64,000 nucleotides of DNA, taken from positions 12,524,001 through 12,588,000 of the forward strand of contig NW_024704755.1 in assembly GCF_018977255.1 (NCBI RefSeq), in the 5' to 3' direction. The DNA comes from Callorhinchus milii (Eukaryota). A model generated the notes under the pieces. It did not search any database, was not told the origin of the DNA, and saw only the letters and a list, made by a program, of their open reading frames with translations. Below are positions 36,536-50,879 of the stretch, piece by piece (within the stretch, counting starts at the first letter, position 1; each line of letters opens with the position of its first letter). Position numbers and translations under genes: made by a program.

Positions 36536-39500
36536 TCAGTTGGCTGCAATGATCTGCTCGATCCAACTAATGTGTTTAGTCACTCGGGCGTAGACCCCGG
36601 GAGTACTGGTAGAGCAGCTGCTGCTGCCCCAGGAAACTACTCCAACCTGGTTCCACACACCGTTCTTCTGGCAGACAAGAGGACCTCCAGAGTCACCCTG
36701 TGAACAGAGAGCAGCAGTTGTCATTAATGTTCATGTTTATGTTAGGGGCGATATGATGGCGGTCTTTAAGATCCATGAAATATACAGTGAATTCACTTTA
36801 CGGTATACTCTGTGAAGCGCTTTGAGACATTTAGAAGGCGTGATAAGGTGCTGTATCAAATGCAAAGATTATTATTATTCTAAAGGAATATGGAGCAAGG
36901 CCAGGTAACTGGAGCTGAGGTACAGATCAGCCATGATCTTATAAAATGTCGGAACAGGCTCGAGGGGCTAAATAGCTTACTCATGTTTCTAAAGGGACTA
37001 GATTTATCTTGTCTAGAACAGTAAAATCAGAGGACATGGCCTGCGATTGAGAGTGGGGGGTAAATTCAAAACAGATCTATGGAAACACTACGACAGTGAG
37101 TGACTAATAAATGTACGGAACAGGTTCCCTGGGCAGACGGTGGAAACAGAAAGTGTTGATTCTTTCAAGAATAAATCAGATGGATTTCTGTTAGGAAATA
37201 ATATCGTGGGATATTGTGGGATAGTTTGGGACACGACATGTCATGCGACTGACTGGTGGAAGGTGAACTGGTTTGGACCTTGGTCTTCTTTGTCTAGCAA
37301 TTCTCATGTTCTTTTGTTTCTCTCAGCAAAGTAAGGGCTGAAATATCTCTGAAACCAACAGGCTCATACCATGCAGGATGAGGCACCAGCCGCACCAGCA
37401 CAGATCATGCTGACTAAGACATTGCTCCCCCAGTACTTCTTGCAATCGGTGTTGGTTAGGAGAGGCAGGGCCGCTTGCTGCAGTTTGGTGGGACGCTCAG
37501 CAGCTGGAGACAGAGCAGAAAACATGTATTTATCGAAATATAATAGTGTTTGCAACGATCAATGAGAGTTACCGTCACATTTCCGCACTAGCGCCTGCTT
37601 ATTTAGAGGGTTGAGAATTTTAAGTTAAAGGCAGTTGTATTTTACCCGATGCCACAACTGATCATTTTCTGTACTAGCGAGAGTTAGTCTAGTGTTCTGT
37701 GAAGCGTACAGATTTCAGATGCACTAGGAGTAGCAGTCGGAGACTAATATACACTGTCACTGAGGGCTTGAACCATTTAGGTTAAGTGCTGGTTAGATTT
37801 TTTGTGAACGGATAAACAATTGATCACTCTGTGTGTTTTCAGCATAAGCTCCTGTTATAGAATATAGGCACTCAATGCAAACCTCTAGAGAAAGGTTGGT
37901 AATTATAATTCTTTTGCGTGTACAAAGCAGGCGACTGATGATCACAGTCAGTGCAGGTATTTTTCATGTGTTAAGAGTTTCCATCATTCAATCTGAACAA
38001 TGTCTAAACATTATGTACCCTTTGCCGAAATGAATTGTTTCAATCAGACTATAACACTCACTCAATGCTGTTATTGGCAGGAATATCAAAAGGTGAAGAA
38101 GGTAAAGCGAAACCTTATTATTATGAATAATAAAAAGCAATACATTTAAAAACAAATGTTTGAACCATTCACCCCCAAAAAGATATCCGTTTCTCTCTTA
38201 CATTTTAAAGTCCAGTCGGAATGGTATCCAGTGGATTATTATTTGCTACTGTTGATTATTTTACCAAATAGCGATTGACTTTATATAAAAAAAAGAAATG
38301 ATGACATTGACTTACGACTTGCTCGAGTCCTGCCCCATCCAGTGGTGACACACATGGTGCCTCCGGCAAAGTCTTCTGTTGTGAGACACACGGGGGAGAC
38401 ACGGCTTGTGAGCACTGGGGAGGATGCGAGTTTCACTAAAGTAACGTCAAATTCGGTAATCCTCCGAGGATGAGTAAACACCTGCAACAGAGAGCGATCG
38501 AGATCGAGAGAGAGAGAATCTGAGAGCGAGTTATTTTCTCAGTCCTATCTATGAAGACAATTATTTTGGGACAATTATAAATGTATGCATTTTACACAGC
38601 GCCTTTTCAATTAATTTCAAAATTAAATATCCTCCTCTTGCTTCACTGGAAAGTAACTAACTAATTAACTAATGCAGACTTAAACAGGTCCAATTTAATT
38701 GCAGCCTTACTGAGTGTTAGCATTCAGAGCACCTCAGTGTCTGTACGTACCTTTTCAATAGACATGACTTGTTGGCTTGCCTCTGACTGACTTTTGTCGT
38801 GTGCTCCAAGAATCACTTTGTCTGATTTACTGGTTCAGACAAAAAGAGACCCAGTAAGTTTAATAAAGTGAGTAGGAATCAGAAGAAAAATTATAAATCC
38901 TGGAAATCTGACACAGTAAACAGGCATATTATAAGTGGCTCACAGACTTCATCTTAATGGCTTTATTGTGGACCATTGCAAATTGACTACTGTGTTTACT
39001 TACAAAAACACAGTTACTACACTTTGCAGTAAATTCTGTGAAGTACTTTGAGATGTTTTTGACAGATTGATAAGTTACTACATCAAATACAAGGATCATT
39101 ATTGTTATTAAAATTATTATTATTATTGTAAGCGGAAATGAAAAAAATTTGGTCACTCGAATCCACGACACTGCCGTGCGGAATTGGCTGCCGCGTTTCA
39201 CCCACAAATTATACAGTCAATCCACTTTACAGTATATTCTGTGAAACGCTTTCTTGGCCTCCCTCCCCCACCTTTAGTTTTTAATAATAATAATCCTTGC
39301 ATTTGATATAGCGCTTTTCACGTCGGGAGGACGTCCCAAAGCGCTTCACAGAACACACTGTAAAGTGAATTGACTGTATATTTGTGGGCGAAAGTGGGAG
39401 CCAATTGCGCACAGCAGTGTCCCACATACAGTCGTAGATTGAAAATGACCAATTTATTATTGTTTTTGGTTTTGGAGGGATTATTGTTATTGTCCTGATC

Positions 39501-40439
39501 TTTGATGTACAATGCCATGCTCTGGGTTCTAGGCTTTGTGGCCCTCATGAATGAAGCTTTAAGATATTTCAGTCTTATTTTTGTACTAAGACTTACCTTA
39601 CACCACAATGGGCAGCAGTTACGACCCAGTTTTCATTGATCAGGGAACCACCGCAGAAATGCCAGCCACTGTAGTCCTGTCACACAAGCAAAGCACAACA
39701 TCACAAGGTTCAGTAAAGGTGAAAATTCAAAACAAGCTTCATTTGCGTTTCCTTGTGTTCAGTCTTTGAATGTTGTAGCCTTGACAATTTGGGGAAAAAT
39801 GTTATACTTCCTTTCCAATGTTGGTCTGATTGCCTTTTAAAAGCTATTATTAAAAAAAAATAATAACTTGGTTACTCAATCCACAGCTGTTGTGGGACAC
39901 TGGTGTACGGAATTAATTGCCACGTTTCGCCCACAAAATATACAGTCAATTCACTTTGCAGTATATTCCATGGTCTTGGTCTTAAGATATTTTTCAAAAC
40001 TTAAGATCATGCAATGTTTTGGAAGATTCTTAAATCCAGTGTTAATTTTGAAAAAAAATGTTTAATGGCTTCATAACTCTCGCTGCAAATGCCACTCTTA
40101 ATCTTAATGTTATTTGCTATCTTCATAGCTCATCCTACTCCAGTGACGAAGAACTCAATTAGATTCTTAAAGTTACCTGGAGGGAGACTTGCCAGGGCCA
40201 GGAGCCAGGCACGGCCTCTTCACCGTTTACAATTCGTGAATAGCCCGTGATCACAGGAGTGATGGCGGGCAAACCACATTGAAGGCCTGGATTGAAAAAG
40301 GAATCACGTCAGTTTCATTGTGCCCAAACGGAAACAAAATTCTCCATTTAACTTCAGAACAGCAGAACTTTGAAGAAAATGGATTACCATGAGAGGCGGC
40401 GAGGAGAGCGAAGCAGGAGAGGAGCCAGAGGAACGCCAT
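36536..40439 (-). CDS. CTRB: Chymotrypsinogen (CTRB-like), intact 7-exon gene, 260 aa, shortened 99-loop (gene 5)
   Basis: Exons 40439-40388, 40286-40177, 39676-39597, 38829-38751, 38481-38316, 37503-37370, 36697-36536. [15 protein letters not shown]|IVNG, TAAHC, EFDV, SSCMGDSGG, ends IEQIIAAN*. Confidence 0.92.
36990..37315 (+). mobile_element. CR1 LINE 3' fragment in intron 6
   Basis: AGAGGACATGGCCTGCGATTG (RGHGLRL) ... [12 protein letters not shown]; homologous piece at ~42505-42715. Confidence 0.65.
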
Positions 40440-42275
40440 GGCTGCAATGATGTGGTGGTGGAAGGAACCCCATGGTCTTATATGTTGCTGTCATCCTGAC
40501 CTTTAGATGTTGCTCAACTTTAATGTTGGAACAAGATCAAAAATAAGGCAGATTAGAGAGATAAAAGGAACATTAAGATGTGAATGTGTTGCTGATTTGT
40601 TTCCAAATTAACTAACAGCATATAGAGATTAAAGGTTGTTGAAAAATTTGGACCAAATAGAGATTCAATAATTTTCTGTAACACCTGATCATAACAACTA
40701 TCGTCCCAAAGTTGAGGGATGGAATTTATAATCCTAATAAGCATAAGAATGTTTATGCACAGGAAGAAATCAATATGGAATCCTGTAGCGTATTGGTTAG
40801 AGCAAATGCCTTGCAAGCGAGAAGACCTGGGTTCGAATCCCGGCAGGGCGAAACTTTAGGCAAGTTTCCGAATCATGTGGCGTTCTTAGGGCTCTGTCCC
40901 TGGTCCCCTCCTCTTCAATATCTACTTGGTGACATCATCGGCAGACTTGGGATCTACTTCAACATGTATGTGAATGACACTCAACTCTATCTCTCTAATT
41001 ATTCTAATGCCCTGCTCACAGACTCTCTCCACAACACTGACTCTCTTTTGTTAGTCAGTAAATGTCAGCCTTTACGTAAGTGTTCTGAACTGTCACATGC
41101 TTTATTATGGGTCCATTATATACTTTCTTTTAAATGCATTCAGTACCTTGTTTTCTGCAGAGTGGGAAATTGGTGACACTTGTGTTCAGATCTAATTCCT
41201 CTACAGTTTTGGTTCCATAGCCCTGAAATGTAGTTGGTCAGTAAAGACTGTAAGTGCCTCTGTCTCCACAGGATCAGAGGCCTTTTCTGATCAACATTTT
41301 GTGTTAGTCTGACCTTCAGCTTTATCAAGGACGCTGTTTTAGGAGCTTTATGATTACTCCAGTGCCTCCTAATGCATGAAGGGTGCTATACAAATTCAGG
41401 CTAATTTTGTTGTTGATGACTCATTTATACGCTTGGTTCAGTAAGGCTCATTTACTCAGACAACTTTATGTTTTACAGGTTTCAGACAAGTCAGTCTCGA
41501 TGGGCTCAGCCTCTTCACCTCAAGGTGAATCTCAGTGAATTATTCCTAAATTTAACAAAAGTGTATTTCACATTGAATGGGCATTCACGTCTTGTCTTTG
41601 GTTACTAAACATTTCATGCAGAAAGTTTACTGTCTGACAAGCTACATGACCAAAGGCACTTAATGTGTTCTTTACTGCTTGTCCAAGTGACTCATAAGCC
41701 ATGGTGTGGAGTGGTATAGAGTAGTGGTTAGCAGGCTCACCTCACAAGCAAAAGGACCCGGGTCAATTCCAGAGTGGGGCGAAACCTTAGGCAAGTTTCC
41801 TAACTCCACACTGTTTACTAAGCAGTAAATAGGAACCTCACTATTAGTCGGTTGACAGATCGCTTTCTGGAGGTAATAAATCCTCAAAAAAAAATTTGGT
41901 CACTCAAACTGTGAGTGTTTGTGGGACACTGCTGTGTGAAATTGGCTGCCGTGTTTCGTCCACAAAATATTCTGTCAATCCTCTTTACAATATATTCTGT
42001 GAAGCGCTGTGAGATAGTGATAAGGCGTTATATCAAATAATATTGTAAAGTGGATTGACTGTGTACTTTGTGGGTGAAACCCAGCAGCAATTGTGCACAG
42101 CAGTGTCCCACAATCAATCGTGGATTGAAGTGACCAATCTATTATGAGGATTATTATAATTATTATTGTTAGAGAATGTGGTGTATCAGAGCAACTCGAC
42201 TTTGGCTCCCGAGGCTTTGGACTGTAAATGGATTCACATGAAAGGAGGCATTAAAGAAACGTGAGTTCAAATGAA

Positions 42276-42281
42276 TTTATT
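42276..42281 (-). terminator. Polyadenylation signal
   Basis: AATAAA ~20 nt after the stop at 42301. Confidence 0.7.
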
Positions 42282-42300
42282 GTAAAATTTCAGCTGGCGA

Positions 42301-45300
42301 TCAGTTGGCTGCAATGATCTGCTCGATCCAGCCCCTGAGTTCAGTCACTCGGGCATAGACCCCGGGGATACTGGTAGAGCAGCTGCTGCTGCCCCAGGAA
42401 ACGATGCCAACCTGGTTCCACACACCATCCTTCTGGCAGATGAGAGGACCTCCAGAGTCACCCTGTGAGCAGAGAGCAGCAGTTATTGCTTACGTTTCTG
42501 TTTATGTTAGGGGCGATGTGATTGCGGTCTTCGAGATTCTAAAGGGACTAGATAACGCAGACCACAATAAGCTGTTTTGTCTTACACAGAACAGTAGAAC
42601 GAGAGGACATGGCCTGCGATTGAACGCGGTTAAATTCAAAACAAATCAGCGGAAAAGCCTCGTCAATGAGCGACTAGTAAATACACGGAACAGGTTCCCT
42701 CGGTAGACGGTGGAACAGAGAGCAGCGGTTGTCACGGCGGAGCAAGGGCTGAAATATCTCTGATGCAAACACTGTCGTACCATGCAGGACGAGGCACCGT
42801 CTGCCCCGGCACAGATCATGACGTCGGAGATCTGATTGCCCCAGTAGCCCTTGCAATTGCTGTTGGTTAGCAGAGGCAGGGTCGCCTGCTGCAGTTTTGT
42901 TGGACGCTCGGCAGCTGCAGGAAGAGCAGAAAACGTGCATTTGTTTCAACTGGACAATGTTTGCAAAGGTCAGTGAGAATTACACTAACATTTCGGCACC
43001 GACACCGATTAAAAAAAAAAAAATGCTTGTTTCCCCGACTGCTGTGACCAAAGAAATGTTTGATTGTTAAAAGAAAATTGTCCATAAAATACACAAAGGC
43101 AGTGTATTCAGCGAAGCGCTTTGAGACGTCTCAATGACGTGATAAGGCGCTATATCAAAGGCAAGGACGGTCACTTTATAACACTCGTTGTGCTTTGAAG
43201 CGACTTGGTCATCCTTTCGACCTGAAAGGCGCCATGTAAATGTCAATTTTTATCGTGATTTGTATCGTCATTGCCGTTTTACCAGCTAAAACCTCATCGT
43301 TTGCCCTCGCCATTGCGAATGGGAGCTAAGCGGGAAGAATCTCTGCTTCTAGCGAGCGAGCGGTCCGCTCCTCCAAGTCCTGCCGATGAGCCAGGCTAGC
43401 TGGTCAAACCCTTGCGAGCCAACTGAGCTCCAAGGAAACCTTATTTACCTCCCCCCCGACCTCCCCTCCCACCAGAGGAGGATACATAGTAAAGTCCAGT
43501 CAGAGTGACATCCAATGTGAGCAGAAACATTAATAGTTATCACATTGATAGCAAAAAAAAATGACATTGGCTTACGACTTGCTCGAGTCCTGCCCCATCC
43601 AGTGGTGACACACATGGTGCCTCCAGCAAAGTCTCCTGTTGTGAGACACACGGGGGATACACGACTTGTGATTGCTGGGGAGGATCTGAGTTTCACTACG
43701 GACACATCATTGTTGATGGTGTAGGAATTCCAATCAGGATGAGTGAACACCTGTAACACAGACACAGAGTATGGGGGGAGTTATTTTCTTAATTAATGTT
43801 ATAAAATTATATCGTCAACAGGGCTAACCCAATTTGATTGAGCAGGTTTCAATCTCTACAAATTCTTTTTGATGCCAATGTCCCTATCAGAGGCTCGAAA
43901 TTCCTCTGGGTTTTGGCTCAGGAGAGTTGTCTTAAAACCGAAGCTTTTTTTTTTACAATCAGCTTAACTTCAGTATTAAAAGGAACTGTGGAAAACCTGC
44001 TTCAAAATTAAGGCTGAAGGTAAGAATTTTCCCCAAATTCTGCAATGGTCTTTCATTTTAAGTCAGTGGTCTTTTGGCTAAGATTATGAGAAATGTCAGC
44101 TCAAGTCAAGTAACACACCACACCGCCCTTTCCCCCTCTCACATCAATACAAATTATATCAGTACTGCTGTGCGCAATCGGCTGCCGCGTTTCATCCACA
44201 AAATATACAGTCAATTCACTTCAGAGTATATCCTGTGAAGCGCTTTGAGAGGTCTCAAAGACGTGATAAGGCGCTGTATCAAATGCAAGGATTATTATTA
44301 TTACATTGTGGGCGTTCTACATAATACATAGTCGCTGCACTTTACAGCATATCCGTTGAAGCGCTTTGAGGTGTAGTCCCAATGTGATTGGTGCTGTATT
44401 ATATGTAAAGATTATTATTGATGTTATTTATTATTCAAATCAATTGAGACCGTACTGAGTGCTAACCTTTAGAAAACCCCAGGGTCTGTACATACCCTTT
44501 CAATAGACATGACTTGTTGGGTTGGTTCCGTCCAACTTTTGTCGTGTGCCCCTAAGATCACTCGGTCCCCTGTACTATTTCAGACAAAAAAAGACAAACC
44601 AGATAACACAGTAAGCAAAGCAAAATCTTCAGGATCCCTGTGTCCCAGGAAGCTGGCACAGGAAGCAAACTCTTAAGCCTTCACTAATGAAGCTTCGGAG
44701 ATCAATTATTTTCTGTCTTATTTTTGTACCACGACTTACCTCACACCACAATGAGCAGCAGTGACAACCCAGTTTTCATTGATCAGGGAACCACCACAGA
44801 AATGCCAGCCACTGTAGTCCTGTCATACAAGCAAATATCAACTAACACAAGACTATGAGATACATCAAAAGATTTTTTTTGATTTGAAATGGGCTTTATT
44901 TAAGCTTCTTTGCTTTATAAGTCTTCAAATATTCTGAGGGAGGAGAAAAACTCATCTAGAAATGTTTCCTGGTCTTCCTTCTTTCCTTCCTTCCTTCTTT
45001 TTGAAACAAAAGATCAAAACCAGAACTTAGAGATGGAAGTAATTTCTGAAGTGATGAGCGTCACTCAGAACTTTTCTTAGTGTGGGGATGCTAATGTGAA
45101 CAACACTGCCCAACAAGACAGCCAGCATCTAAAGGATACAAACAAATAAAGAGCTAATAGACCTCTACAATGTCTAGAACAATATCCTGTCAGCCTTTAA
45201 CGACCTAATAGGACTCTACTTGAGTAGAGAAGGATGAGCTATGAATTTAGCAAATAAAATTAGGATTAGGAAAATTGTGTTTGATCCTAAATAGGACATA

Positions 45301-46266
45301 GATGGGGTAAAATTCCACCGTGTTTACTCTATTAATTTCAAGTGCTCTGAGACGCTGCCCGGCGTGGAGGATGCTATATAAATGCAAGTTGTTGTTGTTA
45401 TTAACGTAGCAATTCTGCGAACCTGGAATTTGACAAGGTGTTAAATAAAGTCTTAAGGGCTATAGGAAAACGGCTTCAAAGTTAAGGCTGAAATCAACAA
45501 TTTACCAGCTTCCAGACGCTCTGAAATAGTATGTTAATAGAGTGAATGTAAATCCTGGTGGAATTTACCCCAGCACTGCCCCACTAAAAACGATGGTTGA
45601 AGCAGAATGTGCAATTGATTATTAAGAGAATATCTGGGAAGGAAAAATATAAACAATATAAATATATAATACAATATAAAATAGAAGTAGAACTAAACAT
45701 AGAGCCAGCAAAGGCACGATGAACAAATGGCCTTCTTCTGTGCTGAAAAATGTTGCGTGTCTATGATAAGATCAGTGCTATGTGTGCTGTTGGTCTCTGA
45801 TGTCCAATTAAAAAGAATTGAATAGAAACTCAGCCCAATCAGTTTGTGCCACTGTTTTTACTCCACACAAGACTTTGCCCATTCCTTCCTCCCTCCCATA
45901 CCTTTCTATTCCCCTCTCCCAGTGTCTCTGTGAGTTGTAATAAATTGGAACAATTTTAAATACAAGTGCATATGAATGAACCTTGCATCACTCCACGTAT
46001 CTCTATGTACCTGGAAGGAGACTTGCCAGGGCCAGGAGCCAGGCACGGCTTCTTCACCGTTTACAATTCGTGAATAGCCCGTGATCACAGGGGAGATGGA
46101 GGGCAAACCACATTGAAGGCCTGGATTGAGGAAGGAATCACGTCAGTTTCATTGTGCCCAAACGGAAACGAAATTCTCCATTTAACTTCAGAACAGCAGA
46201 AGAAAATGGATTACCATGAGAGGCGGCGAGGAGAGCGAAGCAGGAGAGGAGCCAGAGGAACGCCAT
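42301..46266 (-). CDS. CTRB: Chymotrypsinogen (CTRB-like), intact 7-exon gene, 263 aa (gene 6)
   Basis: Exons 46266-46215, 46120-46011, 44819-44740, 44574-44496, 43750-43576, 42914-42781, 42462-42301. [15 protein letters not shown]|IVNG, TAAHC, NNDV, SSCMGDSGG, ends IEQIIAAN*. Confidence 0.93.
43280..43435 (-). repeat. Unclassified dispersed repeat, 5' end with A-box-like start
   Basis: Reverse complement reads GGAGCTCAGTTGG...AGCCTGGCTCATCGGCAGGAC...GATTCTTCCC...AGCTCC, matching the 33370 and 61650 copies. Confidence 0.6.
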
Positions 46267-46302
46267 GGCTGCAATGATGTGGTGGTGGAAGGAACCCCAT
46301 GG

Positions 46303-46375
46303 TTTTATATGTTGCTGTCACCCTGACCTTTAGATGTTGGAACAAGATCAAAAATAAGGCAGATTAGAGAGATAA
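46303..46375 (-). promoter_or_regulatory. TATA box and GATA site, gene 6 promoter
   Basis: ATATAAAA at 46310-46303; AGATAA 46370-46375. The gene 5 equivalent is ATATAAGA (~40477-40483) and AGATAA 40559-40564. Confidence 0.6.
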
Positions 46376-46799
46376 AAGGAACATTAAGATGTGAATGTGT
46401 TGCTGATTCGTTTCCAAATAAATTACAGAATACAGGTCAAATGTCATTGAAATGTTTTTGCACAAATAGAAATTCAATAATTTTCTGTAACACCTGATCA
46501 TAACAAGCCTGGTCCCCAAAGTTGAGGGACGGAGCTCATAATCGTCATGAACATAAGAACGTTTAAGTACTGGAAGAAATCACTAACCTCCAATGTATCA
46601 TTCCTTTCACAATTCTGAATCCAACTGTTCACAGTCTCCCTCAAATCTTTCCCCTCCAGAAACACACTTTGTTGAACCCATTTGTGCTGCAACTTCATTG
46701 TTATCTGTAGAGGAGCCCAGTGACCTATGCACATTCCATGTGAGCAATAACATTTTCCAGGAGCATGTCTTTTGACGCCTTGATATTACTCTTTCGTGT

Positions 46800-47220
46800 T
46801 GCCAGCCTGGCTCAGTTCGTAGCACTCTTACTTCCCTGTTCGAATCAGAAATTCCTGCTTGTATAATCCTAGGCTGACACTCCAATGCAGTGTTAGTGGA
46901 GCGTTGCATTGTTGGAGGTACCGTCCTTCAGCTGAGACATTCAATTGGGGGCCCATCCGCCTGTTCAGGTGTGGATGTCAAAGTATCCAAGGCAATGTTT
47001 GAAAAGAGGAGGGAGTTTCTTCCGATGCCCTCGTCAGTGATTCCCCCCAAATAGAATCGGTCATTCACCTCATGGCTGTATGTGGGACATGGATGTGTGC
47101 AAATTGGGTGCTACGTTTGCCTACAAAGACGCAGTCGCTACACTTCGCGTTAAGTCCCTTGAGTCACTTTGAGACATTCCCCTGACATGAAAGGTGCTGT
47201 ATCAAAAGCAAAGAATATTC
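46800..47220 (+). mobile_element. Deu-domain SINE, full length
   Basis: GCCAGCCTGGCTCAG head, AATCCTAGGCTGACACTCCA, Deu domain, L2-like tail. Confidence 0.7.
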
Positions 47221-47528
47221 AGTATATTTGCTTCATCTCTTCAACCATTCACTTACCCAACAATTATTGGCATTTTCTTTTGAACCGCAGCCGGGTTCAC
47301 CAACTGATACCCTCACCCTCAGGGATATCAACTGATGTAATCACTTTTGATGTTACATAAGATGGCGGAGGCACTTTTGAACGGTCAAACCGTCCTGAAA
47401 ACGATTCTCAGTTATTCAATGTGATATTCAGATTTGGAATGGATAATTTTAAGTTAATTTGACCCAAGAGAGAGAGAGAGAGAGAGACACGGACTGAAAA
47501 CAGACTGAAAGTTTTTTTGCAAATGCAT

Positions 47529-47534
47529 TTTATT
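47529..47534 (-). terminator. Polyadenylation signal
   Basis: AATAAA ~20 nt after the stop at 47553. Confidence 0.7.
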
Positions 47535-47552
47535 TTTACATTCATGTTACAC

Positions 47553-50833
<3,281 letters not shown>

Positions 50834-50871
50834 GGCTGAGAGTGATCTGAGCTGTAAGCAAAGGTGGCCAC

Positions 50872-50879
50872 TTTTATAT
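50872..50879 (-). promoter_or_regulatory. TATA box, gene 7
   Basis: ATATAAAA ~40 nt upstream of ATG; TGATAA at 50952-50957. Confidence 0.65.

Larger units (their letters stand above)
35570..40760. repeat. Tandem duplication unit containing gene 5 (paired with ~41420-46575)
   Basis: Shared 3' flank (e.g. GAATGTGGTGTATCAGAGCA, GACTCATAAGCC), intronic CR1 piece and promoter. Confidence 0.75.
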
